Source of the DNA: Dehalococcoidia bacterium | GTDB lineage: Bacteria; Chloroflexota; Dehalococcoidia; GIF9; AB-539-J10 | NCBI GenBank assembly: GCA_034414555.1 | Contig: DAOUMA010000005.1 | Span: 41,220 to 105,219 of the forward strand | Direction: 5' to 3' | DNA length: 64,000 nucleotides | Shown: piece by piece, positions 50,297 through 59,938 of the stretch | How positions within the stretch are numbered: the stretch's first letter is position 1 | Layout: every line of letters starts with the position of its first letter | Translations under genes and position numbers: made by a program | Notes under the pieces: model-generated | What the model was told of the DNA's origin: nothing | The model's input: the letters and a program-made list of their open reading frames with translations, nothing else | Database searches by the model: none

Positions 50297-51599
50297 CCAA
50301 TTCTCCCCACATTCCCTGGTCGTGAACTGCGGTTAATTTGACCTTCGCTATTTTATTGGTCAATGATTTCTCGCTCTGAGTGAATACTCTAACATAATTA
50401 TCGGTCAGCCCGGAATATAGGCTACTTCCAGCGATTGTCTCCTTTTCCCATAAGACGTCTATGGTTTGTCCTAGGAATTGTTCCCGAAAGCTGTGCCGAC
50501 AACTTTGTGACAGCTCCAGCATCCTTGCGGTGCGTTCCTTCTTGACTTTATCGCTCACCTGGTAAAGCATTTCAACTGCCTCAGTGCCAGGTCGAGGTGA
50601 AAAGGGAAAAACATGGATGTTAGCGAAGCCGGCTTGGTGGCAAAAATTGTAGGTTTGCTCAAATTCTTCATCGCTTTCCCCGGGGAAGCCGACGACGACA
50701 TCGGTAGTGATAGCTACTCTGGGTATTGTCTGACTAATCAACTCTGTCACCTTCCTATAATCGTGCCGAGAATAAGGGCGTCGCATTCTCTTTAGCATAG
50801 TATCACTACCGCTTTGAAGAGCTAGATGGAAATGAGGGCATAACCTCTTGTCTTGCCACAATGCTAGAAGGGCTGGGGAGAATTCCTGAGGTTGCAATGA
50901 AGAAAGACGCAGTCGTTCAATTTCTGTGTTACTGAGGATGTGCTTTATTAAACTAACAAGATCGGTACTGTCATCTTTATAGCAGCCGATTTTTGTCCCG
51001 GTGAGAATAACCTCTCTATAATTCATGGCTACTTTTTCCTGAATCGTGCTGATTATTTCTGAGGCTGGCAGGCAAAACTGGTGGGTCCGCACTTTGGGAA
51101 CGATGCAGTAAGCACAGTGGCTGTCGCATCCATCTTGAATCTTTACCAAGGAGCGGACTCTGAAAGTACTATTTTGAATAGCAAGTGGTTGGATCTGTAG
51201 AGGTTCTATTTCAGGTGAGATGCTTTCTATGATTTCAACTAAGTTCTCTTTTTCTTCGTTGTCCAGAACGAAGTCAGCAATAGGTGTCAATTCCTGGGGA
51301 ATCCGTTGGGCATAACATCCGGTAGCGATGGTTAAAGCTCCGGGATTTTTCCGTTTCACCAGCCTAAGCCAGTGGCGCGACTTGCGATCGGCAATATGAG
51401 TGACCGTGCAAGTATTAGCAATATAGATGTCTGCTACATCGTTTGGTGATACAGGCTGGTAGCCAGCATCATGGAATTGGTCAATCAGGGATTCAGTTTC
51501 CGCTTGATTCAGTTTGCACCCCAGTGTATAGAAGGCTACCTTCAAGGTTCTTCTTTTGTACACAAAGTGATTATATTGGCTATTTGACTGTGTGGTCAA
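50268..51599 (-). CDS. mtaB: Radical-SAM methylthiotransferase (MtaB/MiaB-like)
   Basis: N-terminal MTTase domain (VAFYTLGCKLNQAE), radical SAM CDSHCAYC, C-terminal TRAM. Confidence 0.85.
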   Translation of the reverse strand: MTTQSNSQYNHFVYKRRTLKVAFYTLGCKLNQAETESLIDQFHDAGYQPVSPNDVADIYIANTCTVTHIADRKSRHWLRLVKRKNPGALTIATGCYAQRIPQELTPIADFVLDNEEKENLVEIIESISPEIEPLQIQPLAIQNSTFRVRSLVKIQDGCDSHCAYCIVPKVRTHQFCLPASEIISTIQEKVAMNYREVILTGTKIGCYKDDSTDLVSLIKHILSNTEIERLRLSSLQPQEFSPALLALWQDKRLCPHFHLALQSGSDTMLKRMRRPYSRHDYRKVTELISQTIPRVAITTDVVVGFPGESDEEFEQTYNFCHQAGFANIHVFPFSPRPGTEAVEMLYQVSDKVKKERTARMLELSQSCRHSFREQFLGQTIDVLWEKETIAGSSLYSGLTDNYVRVFTQSEKSLTNKIAKVKLTAVHDQGMWGELVENSSQGKA

Positions 51600-51607
51600 A
51601 TTGGTAG

Positions 51608-51757
51608 ATTGTTTAGTAACCTATCCCCCTGCCCCTTTTCCCTTAGCAAGAGAAGGGGGTATAGGTAAGAGAGGGGTGAAACCCCTCTCTATAAATCTCT
51701 TCCCCTTCTCCTTTGAAGGAGAGGGGGATAAAGGGGGTGAGGTTAGTAAACACTCTC
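51608..51757 (+). repeat. Intergenic repeat element copy 2 (triple-hairpin, ~150 bp)
   Basis: About 88% identical to 5222-5370, with an identical 31-nt 3' tail; begins 9 nt from the mtaB start codon. Confidence 0.8.
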
Positions 51758-51826
51758 AAATTGGTAGTATTTACCCTGTTTTTACCATCGTGGTATAGTT
51801 AAAAGTTCCTGTAGAGATCATTAAGT

Positions 51827-53509
51827 ATGGAGTTAATCCCGAGAGTTCAGTGGCATCTTTTACCCTCAGCGCCTGAGGCATATCTGCATGCTTCTAATCT
51901 TCCACCATTGGTTGCCCAGCTTCTTTATAATCGTGGTGTGCAACTTGATAAAATAGAATCCTTTTTAACTGTCGCCCCTAGTCTTGAAGGTAACCCCTTT
52001 TTGCTTCCTGATATGACTCAGGCAGTGGCTCGAATTTATAAGGCTTTACTTTCCGGGGAAAAAATTGCTATCTATGGTGATTTCGATGTCGATGGTGTCA
52101 CAGCCACAGTTGTGGTGGTAGAAGGGTTATCAAGCCTTGGTGGCAAAGTTGTCCCTTATATTCCTGACCGTGTTAACGAAGGACATGGTTTGAATTTAAT
52201 AGCACTGGAAAGAATTCGTAGCCAGGCGGTTAGCCTGATCATCACTGTCGACTGTGGAGTTACCGATATTATTAAAGTAGATGAAGCTAAGAAATTAGGT
52301 ATGGATGTGATTATCACTGATCACCATTTGCCATTAGGAGAGTTACCACGGGCAGTGGCTGTGGTTGATGCCCGGCGAAAAGATTCGCAATATCCTTTTT
52401 CGGAATTAGCTGGTGTGGGTGTTGCCTTGAAGCTTGTGCAAGCGTTGTTTTACCAGGATAGTAGAAAGGAACGGCTTGATGAATTGCTGGATTTGATTGC
52501 TTTAGGGACTGTTGATGACATGGTTCCCCTTGTTGGTGAAAATCGCTATCTTGTGAGCACCGGATTAAAGGTTCTCAATAATACTCGCCGATTAGGACTT
52601 CAGGAATTGATTAAACAGTCTGGATTGGAGATTGGCAAGATTGGTGCTGAGCAAATTTCATGGGTTTTAGGTCCTCATCTTAATGCTGCTGGCAGGATGG
52701 GAGGTGCTTTAGTTAGTTATCGTCTGCTTACTACGCAAGCATCGGACGAAGCTCAGGGTTTGACTGAGGAATTGGTGAGAAGGAATAAGGAAAGACAAAA
52801 GTTGACCGAGGAAGTATTAGATAAAGTGGAGAAGAAGATGCAGCTCAAGGCAGAACTTCCATTGATTATTGACAGTGATGAAAGTTATCCTGTTGGCGTT
52901 ATCGGGATTGTCTCCAGCAGGCTAGTGGATGAATTTAACAAGCCGGCTATTATAGTTAACCTTGGTGACGAAGTATGTCGTGGAAGTGGACGCAGCATAC
53001 CTGAATTTGATATCTCCCTTGCATTAGAGAAATGTCGTGATTTATTGGTCGCCTTTGGAGGGCATCCCGCAGCTGCCGGCTTCGTAGTAAAGCGACAAAA
53101 TTTAGCTCAACTGGAGAAGAAGTTGATAAATTTTGGGGCAAGCCAACTTTCTCACTTGGAGCTACAGCCGAAATTAATTATCGATGCTGAGATTCCGTTA
53201 TCGGCGCTCAGTGGTGAGGTATTGAACCTGATTCAGAGATTGGCTCCTTTTGGGAAGGGTAATCCCCAGCCTACTTTCCTTAGCCATCACGTAGAGGTAA
53301 TAGAGCGTCATAATTTTGGCAATGAAGGGAAGCACTTGGAGCTAAAACTAAAGCAGAATCATGTAACCTGGCAAGCATTTGATTTCAATTCACAGAAACC
53401 AGCGGAGGAAATCCCCGATTGCATAGACATTGTATATCAGTTGAAGAAGGGTCTTTGGGGTGATGAGGAGGTATTGAACTTTAACCTTCTTGATTTTGCT
53501 CTTGGCTAG
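51827..53509 (+). CDS. recJ: Single-stranded-DNA-specific exonuclease RecJ
   Basis: DHH motifs (IYGDFDVDGVT, ITDHH) and DHHA1 domain (GGHPAAAGF). Confidence 0.9.
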   Translation: MELIPRVQWHLLPSAPEAYLHASNLPPLVAQLLYNRGVQLDKIESFLTVAPSLEGNPFLLPDMTQAVARIYKALLSGEKIAIYGDFDVDGVTATVVVVEGLSSLGGKVVPYIPDRVNEGHGLNLIALERIRSQAVSLIITVDCGVTDIIKVDEAKKLGMDVIITDHHLPLGELPRAVAVVDARRKDSQYPFSELAGVGVALKLVQALFYQDSRKERLDELLDLIALGTVDDMVPLVGENRYLVSTGLKVLNNTRRLGLQELIKQSGLEIGKIGAEQISWVLGPHLNAAGRMGGALVSYRLLTTQASDEAQGLTEELVRRNKERQKLTEEVLDKVEKKMQLKAELPLIIDSDESYPVGVIGIVSSRLVDEFNKPAIIVNLGDEVCRGSGRSIPEFDISLALEKCRDLLVAFGGHPAAAGFVVKRQNLAQLEKKLINFGASQLSHLELQPKLIIDAEIPLSALSGEVLNLIQRLAPFGKGNPQPTFLSHHVEVIERHNFGNEGKHLELKLKQNHVTWQAFDFNSQKPAEEIPDCIDIVYQLKKGLWGDEEVLNFNLLDFALG

Positions 53510-54329
53510 TATTATCAGCAGGTTCAGCAATGGCCCTTTGGCGAAACCTGCGAATTCTGATAACGAGCACCGGTAAAGCCACCACCAATATTGCTAAGCT
53601 GATGATTTGCCCTTCTCGAAGTCCAAGGAAAAGTGGGGGGTCGATGCGAAGAAATCTTAAACCGAAATCACCAGCACAATAGAGAGAAAGGTAAAGAAGA
53701 AGAAGGGAGCCCTGTGGTTTGAGCCGTCTCCGTAATCGCCATACCACAGCGAAAACTACCAGATTCCATAATAGGAAGTAAATTTGTGTTGGATATAGAG
53801 GCATGTTCCAGTATTGTGGGGCAATGGTGTCGCGAGGCGTATAAATCACCGCTCCTGGGAAGGAAAGGAAAGGGCTGGGCTTGCCATAGCAACAGCCATT
53901 TATAGTGCAGCCAATTCTACCAATTGCCTGAGCTAACGGTGCTCCTACAGCCATACCATCACCTATGCTTGCTAAGTTCTCCAAGGAAATTTCCCGTGCT
54001 CTTATTTTCCAGTAAATTAACCCTGCCAATATAGCACCGATGATAGATCCATGCAGCGCCCAGCCGTAGGGTGAAATAATTTCGGTGGGGGTTACCCCAT
54101 AGAGGAACCACGGTTGAATGAGGTAAACTAACTTTCCTCCGATAATACCACCAATGAGTCCCCAAAAGAACAGATTGTAGATGGTGTTCTCCGGGATAGC
54201 ACGCTGTCTCATCTCTCGGAAGGTAATGGCTAGCAGTGTTATTACAGCCACAGCCACTAAAATCCCATACCACCTTACTTGGAGGGTGCCAATGGCAAAA
54301 GCGACGGGGTCTATGCTGATGATAAGCAA
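53481..54329 (-). CDS. lgt: Prolipoprotein diacylglyceryl transferase
   Basis: Lgt signature (…GRIGCTINGCCYG…) and multiple TM segments. Confidence 0.9.
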   Translation of the reverse strand: MLIISIDPVAFAIGTLQVRWYGILVAVAVITLLAITFREMRQRAIPENTIYNLFFWGLIGGIIGGKLVYLIQPWFLYGVTPTEIISPYGWALHGSIIGAILAGLIYWKIRAREISLENLASIGDGMAVGAPLAQAIGRIGCTINGCCYGKPSPFLSFPGAVIYTPRDTIAPQYWNMPLYPTQIYFLLWNLVVFAVVWRLRRRLKPQGSLLLLYLSLYCAGDFGLRFLRIDPPLFLGLREGQIISLAILVVALPVLVIRIRRFRQRAIAEPADNTSQEQNQEG

Positions 54330-55760
54330 CTATCCCTTCCTTTTGGATATCTTGAACCACGGATGATAGCTAATTATGGAATCGGTGTCTAATTTACCGC
54401 GGATGAAATAATTAGCGATTCTTAAATAATCTGCTACTCTATCGGGCATCAAAAAGTGTTGTCTAACATATTCATGGGCTTTCTCCCCCACCAATTCGGC
54501 TTCTTTTGGGTTTGTTAATAAGTAGATTATCTTCCTAGCAGCCTTTTTTGCTGAAATGACAAAGAAGCCAGTCTCTCCACTGGTAACCTGAATTGGAATT
54601 GCCCCTACTTCTCTGGTTATCACCGGTTTCCTCTTCCACATGGCTTCGGTGATGGCCAGTCCGAATCCTTCCTTAATAGAGGGTTGCAGTATCACTCTGG
54701 CAGCTCGTTGCAGGGCATTTACCTCCAGCGCATTGACCTCCCGGTCATCTGGAAGCTTGATAATGTGAATATCAGGGTCGTCTTTCGTTTTCTCGCATAT
54801 CTGTGTGAAGACTATTTCACCTTCAGGGTCATCCGTAGCCATATTGCCAGCTATTATTAGTTGGCATTTTTCTTCATTTCGGGCAATTCTGTAGGCATGG
54901 ATAGTCAAATCAATTCCCTTCCAGGGGTCAAATCTGCCTATCTGAGCCAGCATGGGTATGTTCTGGTCTATTTCATATTTCTCCAATACCGGTGTAATTT
55001 CATTTTGGGTTAATTCTTTGTTCTTGTTGGAAAGAGGGTCGATGAACGGAGGGATTATGTATTTCTGTAGCGGCCAGTAATGTACAACATATTGGGCGCT
55101 GGAAAATATTGCCGCATCATAAAAATTAGCCCAGAACGTGATGAACTCCCATAAAGCGGGATTGGCTTCCAATGTCTCGACATCCACATCAATGTGAGAC
55201 CTCCATAACCACTTCTGTCCCTTCTTTTTTAAATAGCGAGCTAGACCAAGCGGCTGGGGGTCATGCATAATCACTATATCTGGCTTATAATCTCTGAAAT
55301 CTTCGGAATAAAGGTCGGCGTTTTCTTTAAGCGTATTGTAATATGTCCTTGTCATGTCCGGCGTGAGGATTCCTTTCTTTCCTTGCAATAGATTGTGGAT
55401 GGTTTTAGTTACCCGGAAGAAAGGCTCGGTCCCGCGCATAACCTTCCATTCATCTTCCAGTCCCAGAGCATTCAAAAACGGTACCTGGGAGTAAAGCATC
55501 TCAGCTACACCACCACCTGTTCCCGTTGAGTTGACCTCTAATATCTTTACCCCCCTGAGTTTGTGAGCAAGTTTTTCCAGTTTCTCTATCTTCTCTCCAC
55601 CCACTATGGGGATATAATCTTGTAAAGGGGATACAGAAAGGGACTGAATTCCCTCTCTGCGACTATACATAGTTCCGTTTTCCAAAGGCAGTTTCTTCTC
55701 CGCCTGCTCAACGATGTCTTTTATCTGAGTCTCCATCTTACTCTCATTGTAGTCATACAA
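54330..55760 (-). CDS. GT4-family glycosyltransferase (476 aa, with ~90-aa N-terminal extension)
   Basis: C-terminal GT-B motif EGFGLAITEAMWKRKPVI; the stop abuts the lgt start. Confidence 0.75.
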   Translation of the reverse strand: MYDYNESKMETQIKDIVEQAEKKLPLENGTMYSRREGIQSLSVSPLQDYIPIVGGEKIEKLEKLAHKLRGVKILEVNSTGTGGGVAEMLYSQVPFLNALGLEDEWKVMRGTEPFFRVTKTIHNLLQGKKGILTPDMTRTYYNTLKENADLYSEDFRDYKPDIVIMHDPQPLGLARYLKKKGQKWLWRSHIDVDVETLEANPALWEFITFWANFYDAAIFSSAQYVVHYWPLQKYIIPPFIDPLSNKNKELTQNEITPVLEKYEIDQNIPMLAQIGRFDPWKGIDLTIHAYRIARNEEKCQLIIAGNMATDDPEGEIVFTQICEKTKDDPDIHIIKLPDDREVNALEVNALQRAARVILQPSIKEGFGLAITEAMWKRKPVITREVGAIPIQVTSGETGFFVISAKKAARKIIYLLTNPKEAELVGEKAHEYVRQHFLMPDRVADYLRIANYFIRGKLDTDSIISYHPWFKISKRKG

Positions 55761-55804
55761 GATGTAGCCAAAAATCTTAAACGATAATAATACCGTAAAT
55801 GAAT

Positions 55805-56713
55805 TTAATATAAAATAGCATTGATGAAAGTTTCGGCATTGAACGGCGCCATATCCTCCAATTTTTCACCGGTGCCGATATAAACGATAGGTATATTCAG
55901 TTCATGGCAAATGGCAAATATTATTCCTCCTTTGGCGGTGCTGTCCAGTTTAGCTAGGAAAATCCCGGTTATACCTACAGCTTCAGTAAAATATTTTGCC
56001 TGAGTTAAGCCATTTTGCCCTGTAGTGGCGTCCAATACCAATAAAACTTGGTGTGGTGCTGTAGGGTCAAGCTTGGCGGTAACTTTCTTGATTTTTTTGA
56101 GCTCTTCCATAAGGTTAAACTTGGTGTGGAGACGACCGGCAGTATCGATAATAACTGCTTGAGCGTGTCGGCTACGTGCTGCCTGGATAGCATCGAAGAC
56201 AACCGCCCCGGGGTCGCTGCCTGGCTGGTGAGCAATAATTGCAGCGCCGGTTTTCTCTCCCCAATACCTTAGTTGGTCTATAGCTGCTGCTCTGAAAGTG
56301 TCACCAGCTGCTAAGATAACCTTTTTACCTTGTGAAGTGAAGCTATAAGCTAACTTGGCAATGCTGGTTGTTTTTCCCGAGCCATTTACTCCGACTACTA
56401 GAATGACTTGAGGTACTGAGTCAGTATTGCTTGGCTTGGGTGGAATATCTAGCATATTTGTCATCTCTGCCTTCAAAGCTGACCTTACCTGCAGAGCTTG
56501 TGTCAGCTTACCCACTCTTACCCGTTGTTTGACTCTATCTATGAGTTTGTTCGTAGTTTCTACACCAACATCAGCCAAAATAAGCAACTCCTCCAGCTCA
56601 TCCCAGATTTCTTCGCCAAGCGAACCTCGGTCAAAAATATGAGCTATCTTGCTAAACCAGGCTTCTTTGCTTCGCTTTACTGCTGACTCAGTTCTCTCAA
56701 CAAAATCAAACAT
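55805..56713 (-). CDS. ftsY: Signal-recognition-particle receptor FtsY
   Basis: NG domain [20 protein letters not shown]. Start set at MFDFVERTE (56713) rather than the upstream Met, which would overlap znuB by ~130 nt. Confidence 0.9.
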   Translation of the reverse strand: MFDFVERTESAVKRSKEAWFSKIAHIFDRGSLGEEIWDELEELLILADVGVETTNKLIDRVKQRVRVGKLTQALQVRSALKAEMTNMLDIPPKPSNTDSVPQVILVVGVNGSGKTTSIAKLAYSFTSQGKKVILAAGDTFRAAAIDQLRYWGEKTGAAIIAHQPGSDPGAVVFDAIQAARSRHAQAVIIDTAGRLHTKFNLMEELKKIKKVTAKLDPTAPHQVLLVLDATTGQNGLTQAKYFTEAVGITGIFLAKLDSTAKGGIIFAICHELNIPIVYIGTGEKLEDMAPFNAETFINAILY

Positions 56714-57515
56714 GACGTAACCTCTGAAGGGTAAAAAAGGAAATAAGGAATAGAATCCCGGCCACCAAAATGATCGTTGCTCCTGAAGGCCAATCAAGCA
56801 GATAAGAAAGCCATAATCCGCATTGAGTGAAAACAATGCCCAAAAGGATAGAAAGAAGCATCATTTTCTTGAAGTTATGGGTGAATTGACGGGCCATCGC
56901 CGCGGGGATAGTCAGCAAAGCTATGACCATGATTATCCCTACCACCCTTATCAACACCACCACCGTCAAGGCTACCAAGCAAAGGAGAGCAAGGTATAAA
57001 CGCTCTGCAGGCAGCCCAGCGGCAGTGCTGAATTCTTCGTCGAAGGAAATAGCTAGCAGTTCCTTATAAAGCAGAAAGGTTACCAAGGCTATAATAATAT
57101 CTAAAATTAGCATCAGAGTCATCTCTTGAGAAGACACGAACAGGATATCGCCGAAAAGGTAGCTCATAAGATCGGGAGCAAAGCCTGGGGTAAGATAAAC
57201 AAAAAGAATTCCTATTGCCATGCCTGTTGCCCAGAGGATTCCAATAGCGGTATCCTCCGTCAATCTTGTTCTCCTCGACACTATACCCATGATTACAGCA
57301 GCGCTGGGAGAGAAAACTAACGCTCCCAAAACAGGGTCTACGCCGAAGAAATACCCCAGGCCAATGCCGCCAAATGAGGCGTGTGAAATTCCACCGCTAA
57401 TGAGCACAATTCGTTTTACCACCACATAGGTACCAACAATACCACAGGCAACGCTGGCTAGTATGCTGGCGATAATAGGATCTCTCAGGATTTCAAGCAA
57501 GTCCATCTTCTCCAA
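56706..57515 (-). CDS. znuB: Zinc/manganese ABC transporter permease
   Basis: ZnuB/MntB-like 8-TM permease (ABC-3 family). Confidence 0.85.
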   Translation of the reverse strand: MEKMDLLEILRDPIIASILASVACGIVGTYVVVKRIVLISGGISHASFGGIGLGYFFGVDPVLGALVFSPSAAVIMGIVSRRTRLTEDTAIGILWATGMAIGILFVYLTPGFAPDLMSYLFGDILFVSSQEMTLMLILDIIIALVTFLLYKELLAISFDEEFSTAAGLPAERLYLALLCLVALTVVVLIRVVGIIMVIALLTIPAAMARQFTHNFKKMMLLSILLGIVFTQCGLWLSYLLDWPSGATIILVAGILFLISFFTLQRLRHV

Positions 57516-57621
57516 ATATCAAGATGCAAATATATAAGTGCAAAATGACAGAACCAAAGTTAAAGAGCGTTGCACTTTGAGTTGTCATTTTGACTTCTGA
57601 CCTCTGATTTTTCGTGTACCT

Positions 57622-58374
57622 TCAGTGCTCCCTTAGAACTCGATGAGGAACGCCATGAGCGATTAGGTCAACGGGACATTGATAGACTGCCTCCAGGACT
57701 TCAGGGCTTATTTCCTTGGAACCATGATAGAAGAGCCTGTGGTTGAGGCAGGCAATTTTGTCTACATGAGTGGAAACAGCGCCGATATCATGTGACACCA
57801 GAACTATCGCCATCCTTTGTTTTAGCCTTTCGAGAAGTTCATAGAACCCCGCTCGCATCTGCGTATCCACGCTGGCTGTCGGCTCATCAAGCAGCAGTAT
57901 TTTGGGCTCTGTTGCCAATGCCCTGGCAACGAAAACCCTTTGCTGCTCCCCCCCGGAAAGCTTGCCTATCTGCCTGTCTTTGAAATCGAGCATCCCCACC
58001 TCTTTTAGAGCTTCAATTGCCAGGTTTTCATCTTCCTTGGTATATTGCTTGAACATCCTCCTCTGCCCGGAACGTCCCATCAGCACTACTTCCCAGACGC
58101 TTATAGGGAAATCGTGATCGAACAAGCTGTATTGTGGCACATAGCCGATAAATTTCCTCATCCTCTCCGGAGGATTGCCCAGAACGACCACTCTCCCCCG
58201 GTTTGGCTTTAGTAGTCCCAGAATGGCCTTGAGTAGAGTAGTTTTCCCACCTCCATTCGGTCCTATTATGCCCATGAAGTCATCCCGTTTTATGGAAAGA
58301 TTTACTGCCTCCAGTATAGGTATAGTATCGTAGTATATCCAGACATCTTCCAATCTGACTATCTCGTCACTCAT
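57622..58374 (-). CDS. znuC: Zinc/manganese ABC transporter ATP-binding protein
   Basis: Walker A GPNGGGKTT, signature LSGGEQQR, Walker B LLLDEP. Confidence 0.85.
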   Translation of the reverse strand: MSDEIVRLEDVWIYYDTIPILEAVNLSIKRDDFMGIIGPNGGGKTTLLKAILGLLKPNRGRVVVLGNPPERMRKFIGYVPQYSLFDHDFPISVWEVVLMGRSGQRRMFKQYTKEDENLAIEALKEVGMLDFKDRQIGKLSGGEQQRVFVARALATEPKILLLDEPTASVDTQMRAGFYELLERLKQRMAIVLVSHDIGAVSTHVDKIACLNHRLFYHGSKEISPEVLEAVYQCPVDLIAHGVPHRVLREH

Positions 58375-58471
58375 GTTACGCCATTGTAAATGAACCTAAA
58401 TTCACCTCAATATGATAGCATGCTAGGTAGACCTGCAGTAGTTGATTTGCCTTCCCTAACTTCCATACTGT

Positions 58472-59317
58472 TTATTCCATCCCTTGAACCAGTTCACTCA
58501 GAACTTGATACATATTGTCGATATAGTCACGAGCCAATGGGTCTATAAGTGCTACCCTGCCACCGATTGCTTCGGCAATAGTCTGGGCACTCTTGACGTC
58601 AAATTGAGGAGAGGCGAATACCACCTTGATGTTGTGTTCCCTGGCCTCCTGTATCACATTGGCAACGTCCTTGGGGCTTGGTGTCTTTCCTTCAATCTCT
58701 ATGGCTAACTGCGTCAGGTTATAGTCTCTGGCAAAATATCCCCAGGCTGGGTGGAAGACTATAAACCACCTGTTTGTGATGGCTGTTAGGTTGCTACTTA
58801 TATCTGTGTCCAGCTTATCTAGCTTTGCAAGGTACTCATTCTCATTCTGGATGTAATACTCCCTATTTTGGGGGTCAACTTCAATTAGACCATCGCAGAT
58901 GTTCTGTACCATTATTTTAGCATTCCTTGGGGAGAGCCAGATGTGGGGATCGTTTTCTATCAGCTCAATGCCCTTGGAGCAATCGACAACCAGCATATTC
59001 CCATTAGCCTCTACAATACTGTCCATATGAGACAATTCAAACTCCACACCTGAGCCAACCTCAGCATACAACTTAGCTTGTTTCACGGCAACAAGTTGAT
59101 TGAGAGTAGGGGCATAAGTGTGGGGGTCCTGTCCCGGCGGTACCATAACGGTCACAGTTACCTTCTCTCCTCCCACGCTCTCTACAAATTCGGCCTGTGG
59201 CAGTATGGTGACAACCACCCCGATCTTCTCTGTTGTCTCAGCTTTTGGCGCACAGGAGCTGACCAAAATTGCTAGCAATGCTATCAGTGCCGAAATGATA
59301 GCAATTGCCTTGTTCAT
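58472..59317 (-). CDS. znuA: Metal (zinc) ABC transporter substrate-binding lipoprotein
   Basis: Lipobox ILVSSCA; ZnuA/TroA-like fold with His-rich/metal-ligand residues. Confidence 0.85.
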   Translation of the reverse strand: MNKAIAIISALIALLAILVSSCAPKAETTEKIGVVVTILPQAEFVESVGGEKVTVTVMVPPGQDPHTYAPTLNQLVAVKQAKLYAEVGSGVEFELSHMDSIVEANGNMLVVDCSKGIELIENDPHIWLSPRNAKIMVQNICDGLIEVDPQNREYYIQNENEYLAKLDKLDTDISSNLTAITNRWFIVFHPAWGYFARDYNLTQLAIEIEGKTPSPKDVANVIQEAREHNIKVVFASPQFDVKSAQTIAEAIGGRVALIDPLARDYIDNMYQVLSELVQGME

Positions 59318-59459
59318 TTTTCCTTTTTACCTCCTTTGTTTTTCTGTTTTTTCTGGATTTAGCTCCAGTAAGCTGTTTTGTAGGTATGTTAAGTGTAATC
59401 CCGTCTCACTTCATTTGCTGTTTTTTAGATTTGGTTACAGCGATTCATTACAGCTCCCA

Positions 59460-59891
59460 TTATTTCTTTCTCGACTTGTTGCAATCCGAGCACAGTCCGG
59501 AGAATTCAGAAAGATGATGTTCGGTATGAAAGCCAAGATTCTGGGCAAACTCATTTTCTTTTTGGCATAGCCCTTCATCGGCAAATTCTTGAATAGCTCC
59601 ACAGTGCTGGCAGACCATGAAGCGATGGCAGCCCTCTTCATCGCCCAATGTGCACTTCACAAACCCTCCAGTTGATAATAACTTGTGAGCTAAATTGAGG
59701 CTGCAGAACAGGTCGAGTATGCGGTAGATAGTAACGTGGTTTAGATGTGTGCCCTTTTGCTTTAGAAGTCTTTGTATATCATAAGGCGAGAGCGGTCTTT
59801 GTGCCCCATTGAGAATTGCAAGCACCTGCCTTCGCGGCTTGGTTACCTTATACCCCTGAGTCTGCAAAACCTGAATTGAATCCTTAACCAT
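59460..59891 (-). CDS. zur: Fur-family transcriptional regulator (probable Zur)
   Basis: Winged helix followed by HxH…CxxC…CxxC metal sites (HHLSEFSGLCSDC, CQHCG). Start set at MVKDSIQVL; the longer ORF-track start would overlap the helicase gene. Confidence 0.8.
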   Translation of the reverse strand: MVKDSIQVLQTQGYKVTKPRRQVLAILNGAQRPLSPYDIQRLLKQKGTHLNHVTIYRILDLFCSLNLAHKLLSTGGFVKCTLGDEEGCHRFMVCQHCGAIQEFADEGLCQKENEFAQNLGFHTEHHLSEFSGLCSDCNKSRKK

Positions 59892-59938
59892 GGGTGATAT
59901 TATACCGGAGTGGAAGACTAAATGCAACAATGTTGCAA

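Noticed and set aside
55805-56836. Longer FtsY start (MFSLNADYG…) from the ORF track
   Set aside because: Would overlap znuB by ~130 nt and add a non-conserved hydrophobic N-terminus. The internal MFDFVERTE matches the canonical FtsY N-terminus.
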